Shown here piece after piece: positions 11,031 through 25,343 of a stretch of DNA of 64,000 nucleotides (position 1 is the stretch's first letter; every line of letters starts with the position of its first letter). This DNA comes from Octopus vulgaris (Eukaryota). A program made the position numbers and the translations under genes. Location: positions 183,396,001 to 183,460,000 of the forward strand of contig OX597814.1 of the NCBI GenBank assembly GCA_951406725.2. The letters are read 5' to 3'. The notes below the pieces were generated by a model that was given only the letters and a program-made list of their open reading frames with translations, had not been told where the DNA came from and did not search any database.

Positions 11031-13517
11031 GCATTTATATGCATAATGCTGCATGAACATATGCGCATGAGTTTGCAGAAACCCTCACAAACACAGACAC
11101 AACACACATACACGTAAAGAGTGTGTGAATATGTGAGATCGGGAGTTCTTGCATTAATACTTGTGTGTGATATGTTTCCCTAGATACGTATGTAATTTAC
11201 TAGAAATTTGGTGGAAACCATTTTTTTTTCCCTTTCAGAATAGGAATGTTGGAAATAACTCTTGTAAAGATTTTTTTTCTTTTTCATAAAATAATTAGAT
11301 ATCGGAATATATACATAGGAGTGGGCTGAGACTACGTAAACACTAATGAAAGAAAAATTTTTGAATAGTGGGAGGAAGCAGAAATGGAATTTGTTTGCAA
11401 GGGTTAAAATGTTGGAAATGTTCCCAGCTATGTGAAATTAGGAAATATATTTTATGTTTTTCTTTTGTTTCTGTTTGTATTTTCTTTTTTGGATTTTTCG
11501 TTTTTATTGTCAAAGGTAAAGCCTATCTGAAAGGAGGTTTCCAATACAGATGGAATATTTGAATAAATGAACAGCCTGATAAACAAATAAATTATCGGTA
11601 GCATTTTACTGTCTGCTGGAAATTTCGTGCTTGGAATCATAAACGATATCTTCTTCCGAGTAGTAATTGCCAACAACACTTTATTTCACATACAACTCTG
11701 TCGTCTGTTTTGACCGATTCAGCTTTCTTCTCTCGCTCATTAACGTTTCAGAACCAAAAAAAAAAAAGTATTCATTCAGTATGGTGGCAGAAACACAGAG
11801 CTATTTTTGTAAGTCAATAAGAGCTAATAACAACTGTATAGTTAGTATGCAATGAGAGATATACTTATAATTTTTTGCCATTATGGTTTATATCAAATGG
11901 AGCCTACTTGTAATAAAAGTTAATAGCGCAGGAGAGACTACAAGCGAACATACACATTTCAGCAAACAGTGCAATAAAGCGTATGAGCTACAAGACGGCT
12001 TGAGAATTATTTCAAAATGCGGTTTTTATTATATTGTTAATAAAAACGTGTCGCATTATTAGAATTGGTTTCTATAATGTTTCATCGAGACACATAAATG
12101 AAATACCTACTCGCTCGCTCACCCACTCACTCACTCATTCTATCGCTCTTTCGCTCTCCTTCTTTCTCTCTCTATATATACATAATGCATAAACAGACTA
12201 ATATAATGTACTTGTAGACTAAATGATTTATAAAACGATAATAGTATTGTATTTCCATATATGACATTGGAAAACTAAATACATAAATAGAATTTCCTTT
12301 AATAGAAGACTGCACCTCAATTAAATTAGTTTATGGAACCAAAACTACAACACAGACCAAATTTATCATCAATTCATTAGTATTATATTTCGTAATATAT
12401 GTATATTATGTAGTAAAGGTTCATAAAAGCTAAGAAATTCACGTATTACAAATTCAAACTACTGTAATTGTTTAAAATCTAATTAGAGAGAAGCTGAGAG
12501 CAACAGAAAATATATTTTTATGAATATATTAACGATGTATATAATTACACGATTTTATATTTAAATATGTATGAATGTATGTATGTGTATATATCTGTGT
12601 GTGTGCAAATGTATAAATGTTATTATATATGCATGGTTGTGTGTATATATGTATAGAGTGCAATTTAAGTTGTATGATACATAACCGGTGTTTATATACC
12701 TATATCTGCTTTTTAACATCGAAAGAGAGCAGATATAACTTTCACTGAAACATATGTAAAATGGCGTAATTAAATAATTTATGAAGCAAGTCGCCAACTG
12801 TGTTTTACACGCACACAGACACACATACACGGTTGTAGGTCTTTACCATCTTGTCTGATATTTAATCTCGGCCTGAATTTTAAAAATCTCGAAGTATTTT
12901 AACTGAGCGTTCTTGTCACTGTTGCTCGACGCCTACAATATTTTATCACTTTAAAAAGGTCCTGTTTACTCCCATACATACACATAACACATTTCAACTT
13001 AAATACGAAATCCTACGCCAATTACCAATTCCTCAACAACTTTGTTTACACTGACAGACATAGACATACACTCACATAAACTCACCAAATTCCCGTGAAA
13101 CCGTTCTCACCACCCACGTAACAATTACACGTACACCGATATATGCCTATTCAAGCCCAGTAACCAACACTACCAAATTTACATACATTCATTAATACTC
13201 ATGAATTTACAATCCTTCCTTATGTCTGATTCCAGATGCACAAACACTCTAGCATATATATTTGCATCCCAACACAGCTCAGTCTTTAAATATTTCAGAG
13301 GAAAGCACTCCCCTTTAGTTTTTTTATTCTTTAAATCCTTCCCGCGCCATTCGGCATAATTTACTAATTATTTGTTAAGTATTTTAAAAGTTGTCTAATC
13401 TTTTAATGAAAAAAATATCACGCATTTTTCCTTTTTCGTCATTAATTTTGTCGTTGCAGTGGCTTTCTTCCTCTGTATCGTTCCTTATATTTGTCTACTT
13501 TCTACCTATCTGTGTGT

Positions 13518-13602
<85 letters not shown>

Positions 13603-13681
13603 CATGCATATGTACATATATGCATGTGTGTAAGTATATGCATGCATATGTATGTTCATATAAATATATATATGTATATAT

Positions 13682-13712
<31 letters not shown>

Positions 13713-13744
13713 GGAGTGACTGTGTGATAAGTAGCTTGCTTACC
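13713..13744 (+). mobile_element. Isolated head (A-box region) of SINE family A
   Basis: GGAGTGACTGTGTGATAAGTAGCTTGCTTACC matches the family A 5' end and stops abruptly. Confidence 0.75.
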
Positions 13745-14030
13745 CATGAGTCTTTGCGGTCAGTGTACGCATGCGTCACTGTGTTGTGCACTGAAGAATA
13801 TAGTCGGCCAAAAAGCTGCTGCTGCAAGGTAAGACTTTTGTCTCTTGGGTCTAGTGGGGATTGTTGTCTGTGGTTATATTTTTATAAAGAAGGAGTCCTC
13901 ACAGGATTCAGGATGTTGGTCTGTCTGCGGTTCAGCAATATTGCTCACATTAAGTGAAATATTTTTTCTCAATATGAGACGTTGGGGGCGTATCCTTCAC
14001 CCAAAAGTTGTCACTTTTTAATAGTGTATG
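13745..14030 (+). mobile_element. 5'UTR fragment of the Tx1/HAL1-like element family
   Basis: Colinear with the reverse complement of 38310-38610: AAGGTAA(G/A)ACTTTT, GGGTC(T/C)AGT, AGTC(C/T)TCAC(A/T)GGATTC(A/T)GGA, TGGTCTG(T/C)CTGC, GGGGCGTATC. Confidence 0.75.
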
Positions 14031-15199
14031 TTTTTACAACATCATTTACCATTAATTTACAACATCGTTTACCATCAATTTTGGTGAAATCAATTTGATG
14101 ACGATGAGTTACTTTCAATACAAATCCATTTCCGTACCTTGGATATTAAATAAGATGCATCATGCAAGTAACTAATTTTAGTTTGCTTGTATATAAACTT
14201 ATTTCACTTGCAGTTTAACGACAATGCAGTTGATTGATGTAGAGAAATGTTTTGTCCCACAATATAAATATAAAGTTGATTAATTCTATTTTTTAAAAAG
14301 AATTTCTAAAACTTCATTTATAATAATTATCAATAAAGCAAATTTTACCTCATCCCCTTTAAGTCAAATGACGGGTTCAGGTAAATATTTAATGCCAGGA
14401 TGAAAATACTAGTTTAATGTTGTGCGGCTAATGATATAAATAAGCCAAAAATACCGTTTTTGGCAAAATGTCCTGCTGATTTACTACTGAAAGTTCTGGT
14501 AACCCTAACCCAACCAGCAGACTTCAATGACTCATTTCTCTTCCCGATTGACACGTCTGGATTCTATTCTAACTTACGTCAACAGTATTTACTACATTTG
14601 CGCAACAAACGTATCCTCTGGTGTCTGTTTTGTTATCTAAACATGAATTAATTTCATGTTTATCCAGCTCGTTCCAGTTTTAGATGAAGAAATATAGATT
14701 TATGTTTGTGAAATATTCTATTGTTATGGTATCAGATCAGTTAATACTGACCGCAATTTTACGAATAAGAAACACACAGTGAATTGAAAACAATGTGATC
14801 TACAATGTACAATTGTGATTTATATTATATTTGTATCAAATTATTCCTTTATGTTTACCAGACATTACATTTCAGTGATACCAGCTGAGTTAATGGCATC
14901 GGTATTATTCTGCAGATTGCTTTAATATTTAGTGTTCTGTATACGGTCATTCTGTTTGATAAAAACTACATCTCCATTTGCTGGCTTATCATTCGACAAA
15001 TCTAGTAGGATAAATACAAACATTTCGCTTATAACCGTAGAAATCATAATTATCTAACAATTGTGAGATACAGAGGCCAAAATAACTAGGTGATAGTAAG
15101 TAGTGGTCTTTCTTATTTAGAAAATTAAAGAAATAAGCAATAGGAATGAAAGCCAGTCTCTTTTTCTTGCTTACACATATGCCATTCTGCGCTCAAGTA

Positions 15200-15570
15200 T
15201 AGTGCGATAAAATACTTAACATTAGATGGCCCGAACACATAAGCAATATGGAGCTATGGCAAAGAACAAATGAAGTTTCGATTAGGGATCAAATACTTAA
15301 GAAAAAGTGGAAGTGGATTGGTAGCACAATTAGAAAAGACACACCAAATGTAGCGAAAAGTGCTTTACAGTGGAAACCGTATGGATATAGAAGGAGAGGT
15401 AGGCCTAAGAACTCGTGGCGGAGATCAACACAAAATGAACTAGAGAAAGGAGGACATTCATGGCAGAGTATAAGTACAGAAGCCAAAAATTATGCGACAT
15501 GGAATTCAACTATAAGTGGCCTATACTCTGCGTTGGAGGGGTAAAGGCATAAAGAAAGAAAGAAGAAATA
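15200..15570 (+). mobile_element. 5'-truncated RTE-clade LINE 3' end
   Basis: KILNIRWPEHISNMELWQRTNE...KWKWIGSTIR...ALQWKPYGYRRRGRPKNSWRR is the typical RTE ORF C-terminus. A short (AAAG)n tail follows the stop. Confidence 0.85.
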
Positions 15571-16375
15571 AAGATGTCCTTTGCACAGAATAATGATATT
15601 CGTTGAACTAATTTCAACAAAAACATTTGGACATTTTCTGCAGCTATTTAATTTCTTCGTCATGGTTTGGTTACAATAAATCATTTAAGTACAACTAGAA
15701 TTATTTTTAGTTAATCACCGTCTTGCAGATTTCCAATATTTGTTAATTGCAGCACTCAATCTTTTTCCACATATGCAAGCTCAATTAAAAGGATTAGCAC
15801 ATTAACTTTGAATTAGTACTAAGGGCCTTCTTATTCTCGGGTATCTTTCTGGGAACTCGTATCTTTGTTCAGTTTTACTATATTTTATTTAGTGGACAAT
15901 TGTCTGACTCACGAATTAATCTTTATTGATGTTCTTTAGAATAATTATGTTTCGGGAATTTAGGGCTGGTAAAATGGCCCAAAGCCTCATGTAGTTCATG
16001 TCTGATTATCTTAAATTCTCTCCCCATCATTATTTATTATTTTGTTTTGTCTCTTATATGACACATTCAAAATGTCAGTCTTGATCCTGATTTACGCCAG
16101 AAGTACTGTAATCTCGTCTGCAACAACACTTAACCATATTGTGTTGTGAGTGAGAGATGAAACGTTGTAATTCTAAAGAGACAATGTTGATAACGAAGTA
16201 AGCAGCGGATAATAAAAATTAAGTTCCCAACAGCTTAAAGCGTAGAAAGTAATATTATAAAGATTAGCGATCTGCTTAACTGATTACATTCTACAGGCGG
16301 ATTAAGGAGTAGAACAAAGAAGAAAAGAGTTAGAGTCAAAGGACTAGAGATTGTTTGAAAATACAAGTGTTTTTT

Positions 16376-16488
<113 letters not shown>

Positions 16489-16493
16489 TATAC

Positions 16494-16527
<34 letters not shown>

Positions 16528-16841
16528 CATACACACACATATATATATACAAGTGTATATATATATATTAGATAGGTAGATATGTATGTGTGTGTGACTC
16601 TGTGTGTGTGTATGCGTGTATGTGAGTGTGCGTGTCTGTGTTTATCTATGTGAGGCGGTATATGAGTACATATACAGGGTTAGAAAGAGAAAAAAGAGAC
16701 AAAGTGTGAAATGATATTTTTCGCAAGACGTTTGAGGCTTATGTTCAACATGAATCTATTCATACATTGCTCCGAGCCTTAGAATACATGAATACGGAGT
16801 ATATACATCATGCGAGCTCCAATTTCGTTAGATTTCATATA

Positions 16842-16989
16842 TGTGTGGTAAATAGCTTGCTTCCCAACCACACTGTTCCAGGTTCAGTACCCCTGCATAA
16901 CACCTTGGGCAAGTGTCTTCTACTATAGCCTCGCGAAGATCTAAGCCTTCTGAGTGGATTTGGTAGACGGAAAATGAAAGAAGCCCGTC

Positions 16990-17052
<63 letters not shown>

Positions 17053-17239
17053 TGTTTCCCCCGCTATCGCTTGACAATAGATGGTAGTGTACTTATGTCC
17101 CCATAACTTACCGATTTGGCAAAATAGTCCGATAGAATAAGCAGTAGGCTTACAAAAAATAAGCCCCGGGGTCGATTTCTTCGACTAAAACCGTTTAATT
17201 CTGTGCTCCAGCATGGCCGCAGTCAAATTACTGAAACAA
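16842..17239 (+). mobile_element. SINE family A (first ~14 nt missing)
   Basis: Colinear with 22725-23108, with an expanded internal (TA)n. Confidence 0.88.
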
Positions 17240-18460
17240 ATTTCCGACTGCAAGCGTGCATATATGTTCGAAATAAAGGGAAATGTAGCGATTACAATCC
17301 TAATCAGTACCGACATCTTTACATACATGTTTTTATTACTTACTTTAGCTTGTCACTTTAAGATATATATTTTTAAGGAACTCCAAATAAACATTGTGAA
17401 TTCTTAATAAATGCTCTTGGATTTATCCTTAATTACTTGTACATTTATTATATGCTTTATCGTACTTGTCAAATGAAATTTTGTCTGAACAGCCACCGTT
17501 AAAATAAATGCATTTAGTCTAAAACAAAATTTCTTAAATTTCTATTCATTAAATCTAAATAGACTGATCAAATATGGCGTCGTTTTCTAGTGTAACTACA
17601 TTGGGGAAACCATGGTTCCTTTAAGTCCAGTGTATTTAAATGATTAAGTGACATAGGATACGCGTATTCCAGCAAGCATATTTCAGTAGAGCGTTTAGGA
17701 GGCAATAATTTATAAAAAGATCATACTCGGCTGTAAAAATTTATTGGAAATAAATAGTGGTCATTGTTGATATTGAAGCACTAGTATTATATAATATTAA
17801 ATGTGGCCTAATTTCTAGGAAGTACAAGCTATGAGACAGTATTATTTTATAATACAAGGGTTTATATTAGTCGGAAAGCATTTGCATCGTAGTTAAAACA
17901 AATGATGGCAATATCTTTGGATTCAGTCATCAAAACATGCATGGTGGGATTCATGTAAAAAGAAAAATATCTCTGCTTTATCTCTTTAATTATTTTGCAC
18001 AAACATGGGCATTAGAATATTGGAGATAAATCTAAAAGTAAGGTGTCCTGGACAATAACAAAAATCTCATTCTTTTTTTTTCTTTCTTCCTTCAGTCACC
18101 TTTTATCACGCCTGCTATAAATTTTTAACGTGTTCTTCCTTAGATGTCGTGGATGGAATGGAGAGGAGACAAAATTACGGATGATGTCAGAGTATAATTT
18201 TTTATAGTGTTTTAATAAACGAAATTTTCATGTTTGGTGAGAATATGTTGGATGTAAAATGAATGAAAATATTATGATCTCTACTAGTATAGTCCAGGTT
18301 CAAACGTAGCCCAGGTTCCATAGACGACTAAAACTCTGCCATCACAAACAAGAACTCATCTAAAGACTTATGGAATGAATGATTAATTATGGAAAATGCT
18401 AATTAACTGCTTTAAGTTTATGTACATACATACATAAATATATGCGTACATATATGCATT

Positions 18461-18516
<56 letters not shown>

Positions 18517-18548
18517 GAGATGTGGAACACGAGTTGTAATATATAAAA

Positions 18549-18781
18549 AAAGGAAATGAAGAAAATGCTGACAAAATAATTTAAGTAAGGAGAGTGTATT
18601 TAATTAGGTGAAATTTCTTTTTACCGGTTGCGCATTTGTTTTGCTTATCAAAAGATATTTTTTTAAGAGAGATAGAGTTCCTTTCTGATAGGAACAAATG
18701 CGCAACCGGTAAAAAGAACTTTCACCTAATTAAATACACTCTCCCTTACTTAAATTATTTTGTCAGCATTTTCTTCATTTC

Positions 18782-18785
<4 letters not shown>
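18549..18785. repeat. Fold-back inverted repeat between two (TA)n tracts
   Basis: About 92-bp near-perfect arms at 18549-18640 and 18693-18785. Confidence 0.92.
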
Positions 18786-18837
<52 letters not shown>

Positions 18838-18841
<4 letters not shown>

Positions 18842-20420
18842 GCCTTTGCGCTCGCGCGCCTTGGCGCGCGCTGGGGGCTTGGTCGGCCCCATGGGCTTGC
18901 GTTGTATTGCTTGTGTGTTGTGTGCGTGAGCGCGCTTCGTGTGTGTGGGCTTGCTTCGGGTGTGTGCGTGCGTATGTATACATACATACCCACACACTCG
19001 CATGCATCCCTACCCACATACATACACGCACACCTACTCACACACACACATACACACACACATATACCAGCACACACACACATACATACATACACACACA
19101 TACCTACTTCAGACATACACACACACAGACATACACCCATACACTCACACTCACACGCATACACACACACACATACACACGCACACGTACACATACACAC
19201 ACACACACCTACAAACATACATTACACTTGTATACACACACACTTACATTCATACACACACACACCTACACAGCCATACCCTCACTCAGACACACACACC
19301 TACCTACACACACACACAAACACACACAGACACACACCCATACATACATACATCTACACACACACGCCTACACACATACATACACACATACATAAACACA
19401 CACACATACACATACACACACATATGCACACACACATATACTTATACACATGCACACACACGCATACACACATACATTACACACGTACACACACACCTAC
19501 ATACACATGCATACACACACACACAAACATTCACGGACACACCCAGACATACATACATACACCTATACACACACGCCCACACACCTACATACACACACAT
19601 ACATACACACACATACACGGACACACCCATACATTATTACATACATACACCTATACGCTCGTTTCTGGGGCCGTCGCCTGTCGTTGGGTTCTGCCACGCC
19701 CGTCTCCGCGGAGTCCTTTTTCCTTAACCCCCCCTTTTTTGTTACACACACGCGCACACATACATACACCCACTCACACACACACATTGCTTAAAAATAT
19801 ATACATTACTCTTACACACACTTCAAATCTACTCGCCATTAATACAACTACGACACTGGACACACACACACTACTACTCAACACACACGCTGGCACGTTA
19901 CATAGGCCCCCACACCTTCCCCTCCCTCCCTTACTCCTTCCTTCATTTTCTTACTACTGACCACCGTCTGCTATGCCTACTACTGTTCGCCCTACCTCAC
20001 ACGCCTACACACAGACGCACACACTAACATATACATATATTTTCTGTTTTTTTATCTCGCCTCACACACACATACACACACGCACACGCACACACTCACA
20101 CATACACACACATCTGTTGCGTTACCAACCCTGTCTCCACTCTTTTGCCTTTAAAAACCTACTTTGCTCTTGTTATCGTAAACTTCCGCCTTTCACCATG
20201 TGTACTTAGTAAACACCAGTCGTTTTTTTTTCTCCCTCTTGTTGCCCACTTGGGATCTTTCTTTCCTCTCTCTTCCTTCTTTATGTTTCCGACGAAGAGC
20301 TCCGCTCGAAACGTCATACCTTCCTGCTTCCATCTTTCCTGAGCGCCTATTAATAATAATACTGTAATTGTTCCACGTGTTGTTGTTTTTTCTGTTTTCG
20401 CGTTTGGATTAAAATTATAT
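18838..20420 (+). mobile_element. Putative long member of the hammerhead-bearing PLE-like family H1
   Basis: Bounded by TA tracts. Contains a GC/CpG-rich head, a long CA/TACA tract and a GC patch at 19655-19735. The 3' portion 20230-20420 is homologous to 51845-52060 and 59690-59910. Confidence 0.5.
20284..20320 (+). ncRNA. Hammerhead motif, variant core CCGACGA
   Basis: TGTTT-CCGACGA-A-GAGC-TCC-GCTC-GAAA-CG-TC-ATACC. U4 is replaced by C and stem I is imperfect. Confidence 0.5.
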
Positions 20421-20448
20421 ATGAATACAATATATATAGTATATATAG

Positions 20449-20490
<42 letters not shown>

Positions 20491-21173
20491 TATATATGTA
20501 TATGCATATATGTACATATTTATCTTTGTAGCATCTCACCTGTTACAAACTCCCTCGAAAATACTGTATAACATGAATTTTTTTATGTGAAAGATGATAT
20601 ATTACTCTAATATAAGATGAACGTTGTGCTCATGTGATTTAACCGTAGGGTAAAACTTGACCAAACATTTCTATGACGCAAAACGTTCTAGCGGAGACAT
20701 TCGAGTTCATTATGTGTATCTCGGACTAAACTATCGATGGGTTACTTTCTTTTTTAAAGCAGTTCTTGAAACGTAAAGGTAAACATTTATGTTTCCCAAT
20801 GTTTACAGATGTAAAACAAAAATAATTTCCAGAAACTTATTGATCACTTTGACTCAGGAATTGGAAATGTCCATTCTGTCATTGGCACTAAGTTGTGACA
20901 GTAGTAATAGTTCTGCATACGTTTTCTGTATACTTATATATATATATCCATGCATAGAATGAAAAGAAGATAGAGAAAATTCTTTAACACATCTTTAATT
21001 ATAAGTTACAAATGTTTCCGTACCATCTCAAATTGCAACGCCATTTTACGCAAAAATTCTAAATGAAAAATCACGTAATATCGGGGAAACATTATCAACA
21101 AAAGGAACGAAGCGTCGACACGGTGTCCGCACAAAATACCACAGGACCCGGGCATACATATGTATAGGTATAC

Positions 21174-21232
<59 letters not shown>

Positions 21233-21628
21233 TGTGTGTGTCTGTGTGAGTGTGTGTGTGTGGATTTGAAATCTTAGATTAATTACCGTGACTGCCATAT
21301 CTGCTAGAAAAATTTTCCTAGTAATCTATATGTTAAATATGTTAAACACAGAGACATCTTCAGGATGAGGGATACACTGCAGAGTGAGTGTAAAACAAAA
21401 ATAAATTAAAAATATGGCTTAACAATATAGGATTTTTCATTGCTTTGAACATAAGGAAAAAAAAAATCGCCACGGGCATTCTCCATCCGATCATTATATC
21501 TCTCCATTTAATTTCAGATATTTTTCCGTTCCCATAAATACATGCACATTTAAACGATATTATGTGTGAGACTGATATGCAAACTTCATATAAGTGAAAA
21601 AGCAGAATACAGCCCCCTCCACACACAC

Positions 21629-21691
<63 letters not shown>

Positions 21692-22082
21692 ATAAACATA
21701 CAAGGATGCATATACGTATATACACATATATGTATGTGCTTGTGTGCGAGCGCTTACGCGTGTGAGTGTCTGTGTAATTTGCATGTGTTATATAATTTCT
21801 TTCAACTTTATCATATTTTGACATACCATCAACCTTCCCTTCTCTTTCTTTTTACTTCAGTTTATATATACAATATATTATGAATGCTTATACATTTGTC
21901 ATGTATACGTACCAAAATGCGTACACATACACACATCATATACGCACAACGCGCAATCACACACAACATACACACACACACACAACGTACACATGTTTCT
22001 GCTGAGATTTAACACACATGCATACACACATATACATATACATACATACATACATACATACATACATACATACATACATACA

Positions 22083-22115
<33 letters not shown>

Positions 22116-22685
22116 TATATTATACAGGTGTGCGTGTATGCATGTGTGAGTGTGAATATGCTTATGTGACTACTTAGAGATGTACATACTGAGATATCTA
22201 TTTGAACATGCATACCTTTCAGTGCAAGTATGAGGCATACATACATGTATACAAGCATAGCTGTAAACATACATACATTCATGCATGCATACATACATAC
22301 ATGCATACATGCATACATGCATTCATGCATACATGGATACATACATACATACATACATACATACATACATACATACATACATACATACATACATACATAC
22401 ACACATATACTTACACGCGTAAAGAGATACAGATATTCAGGTATGGATAAAGTTCAACATACCTGCTTACACACAAAATCCAACAATGCTTCTAGAGAAA
22501 CTAATAAAGGAAAGCACATTTCAATTTTCTGCGTAGGAAGGCGGAAGAGTTCTACCACATGCTGAAGGTGCTATAACGCATTTTCATTGACAATAGGGTC
22601 ATCAGAATAACAAGCTGTTTCTAAAAAGAGAACAGTAAGATATTTCCCCTTAATTGCTGTCTATATTTCACGTTTTTAATGCCTG

Positions 22686-22724
<39 letters not shown>

Positions 22725-22726
<2 letters not shown>

Positions 22727-23108
22727 CGCAGGAGTGGCTGTGTGGTAAGTAGCTTGCTAACCAACCACATGGTTCTGGGTTCAGTGTCTTCTGCTATAGC
22801 CCCGGGCCGACCAATGCCTTGTGAGTGGATCTGGTAGACAGAAACTGAATGAAGCCTGTTGTATATATGTATATATATATGTATGTGTGTGTATGTGTTT
22901 GTGTGTCTCTGTTTATCCCCTCCAACATCGCTTGACAACCGATGCTGGTGTGTTTACGTCCCCGTCACTTAGCGGTTCGGCAAAAGAGACCGATAGAATA
23001 AGTACTGGGCTTACAAAGAATAAGTCCCGGGGTCGATTTGCTCGACTAAAGGCGGTGCTCCAGCATGGCCGCAGTCAAATGACTGAAACAAGTAAAAGAG
23101 TAAAAGAG
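22725..23108 (+). mobile_element. SINE family A, near full length
   Basis: A box, B box, a small internal deletion, and 3' tail AGTAAAAGAGTAAAAGAG. Sits directly after (TA)n. Confidence 0.92.
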
Positions 23109-23394
23109 TATATAATAAATTAATAAATAAATAAAACATATGCATATATACATACATATATGTACGTACCTACCTCTACATGTATATATACATGCATATA
23201 TGGGAACAGGACACCCAAAAAACGTCGAACACAATGAGAAACGAAAACATAAACACAAAACCAAGGAAATGGACATTTTTTTAAACAACGTAAAAATAGA
23301 GTACAGGACATACAAAACAAGGAAAATTCCCCTTCTTCAGTCGCCTTAAATTCATCTACTCCACGTTATGCATATGTACATACTTACATATATG

Positions 23395-23434
<40 letters not shown>

Positions 23435-23436
<2 letters not shown>

Positions 23437-23960
23437 TCACGATTGGTCAGAATGTTGATGACGTCCCGTTCTGTTTGACTAAGCCACCTAACGAAACGAT
23501 TGGTCAAAACGTTGATGACGTCACGCTACACTGGACTGACCATCTAACAGGTGTTATAAAACCCGAACAATTCACAAGATTCGCCAGAATCATCCAGCGA
23601 ACACCCACCATAGGTCATCACAGTTGCTCAAGGTAAAAATGAATTCCTCGCTCTTTCAGGAACATCAATTTTTTATATTGACTGCATTCCACCACTTTGA
23701 TCTATTTTTTATATATCACCACCACGAACCACTGCATCATACACTTTAAACATATAGCATGAACGAACTCACTTCAAACTAAATATGAACTGTATGATGT
23801 CTGACTCCATTGTGTATTATAAATGAATTTCTTATATTTGATAGCATGAACTATCTTTTTTTATATATAACTTTTTTGATAAGGTTCATTTCAGGAACTG
23901 AAACATGTTATAATGTATATATAAAAATAAAAAATTGTATAATATAGCAGCATTTTCGAA
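23435..23960 (+). mobile_element. Putative solo pseudo-LTR of a Penelope-like element
   Basis: Between TA tracts. Contains a 57-bp tandem duplication with ATTGG and TGACGTC, TATAAAA at 23555, donor-like AAG|GTAAAA at 23632/23633, and a decayed hammerhead at 23876-23909 (GGTTC/GAACT-GAAACATGTT). Confidence 0.5.
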
Positions 23961-23979
23961 CTTTATTTTTTACAAATAA

Positions 23980-24053
<74 letters not shown>

Positions 24054-24299
24054 CATATACATATATGGGTATAGGATGTCACAAAACGTAAACAACATGC
24101 AATATGAAAACATGGAATACGAACTTGTTTTGTGATCAACGAAAGAAACAAATGGAAAAACAAGACAAGTAACATAAAAGATGACCCTTTATCAGTTGGC
24201 TGTTTATCTACTCCACATTTCAATATATATATCAGTACTACGGTCGGTGGTGTCGTTTATTCCCTACCTGAAATTTCAGATTTTGTGCCAATGTTCTAT

Positions 24300-24574
24300 C
24301 CTTTTACTTGTTTCATTCATTTTCACTGTGGCCATGCTGGAATACCGCCTTTTGGTCGAAGAAATTGACTCCTAGACTTATTCTTAGTAAGCTTGTTGCT
24401 TATTCTATGGGTCTCTTTTGCAGTCACAAACACGGAAATATATACATACATATACACGACGGGCTTCTTTTAATTTTCGCCTATCAGATCCACTCACAAG
24501 ACTTGGTCGGCCCCAGGCTATAGTAGAATACACTTGGCCAAGGTGCCACACTGTAGAACTAAACCCGGAACCAT
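24300..24574 (-). mobile_element. Degenerate, internally deleted SINE family A
   Basis: GTGGCCATGCTGGAATACCGCC...ACGACGGGCTTC...AGGTGCCACACTG...ACCCGGAACCAT. Confidence 0.8.
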
Positions 24575-25168
24575 TCTATAGATTTCTTTATATAAGGTTT
24601 ATAGGGTGTTATCTCCTATCTTCTACATGTTTTCTCGAGTTTCTGAGCCTTGTTATGGAGTTGTACAGATATAGGTAGTAACCTTCTGAAAAGATGGATA
24701 TTTAGCTATTTTCCTGCATCCTGAACTTTAAGCAAATCAGATTAAAAGATCAATTTCTTCTGTCATTGTGATCAGAGTAAAGTTAAATTTCATACATTTG
24801 CTATATTTGTTTTTCCTATCATCATTACTTGTAGAGTGACCAACTCGCAGAAATGCAACATATCTCAAGTGAACTAACCGGTCAGTTTGAAAGACCGACC
24901 CATCTCACACTCTTTCCTGATCAAAATGCAATAAGAATACAACACAAATAGTTCATGCTGTCGTGTGTCCCTGGTGTTTGTATTAGAAACTATAGTACAA
25001 ATCCTTATTGCTTAATTAGTTTGTCTAATTAGTTTTCGAGCTTTGAGATGAATTCTTATACCGATGTTTGTTTCATTACTGACTATTTTCCTCACTATAG
25101 CTATCCATCTTCATGGATGCTGACAAAGCATTTGAATAAACTGTCGCCATCGCATATCTGTCTGTCTG

Positions 25169-25221
<53 letters not shown>

Positions 25222-25305
25222 TCTGTGCATATGTGTGAGTGTATGACTTTGCGCGCGTGTGTGTGCCTTTATGTGTATGTGTATGTATGTTGTTTATGCA
25301 TGTAC

Positions 25306-25343
<38 letters not shown>

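Noticed and set aside
13800-13835. Host exon ending in donor AAG|GTAAGA
   Set aside because: It lies within the 5'UTR of the Tx1/HAL1-like repeat, and an equivalent motif occurs in the 38.5-kb copy.
16842-16870. 3' remainder of the SINE whose head is at 13713
   Set aside because: This copy retains TGTGTGGT upstream of the expected TSD, and no retroelement 3' end precedes it, so it is more likely an independent SINE.
18760-19960. His/Thr-rich ORFs up to 352 aa
   Set aside because: They are translations of CA/TACA microsatellite.
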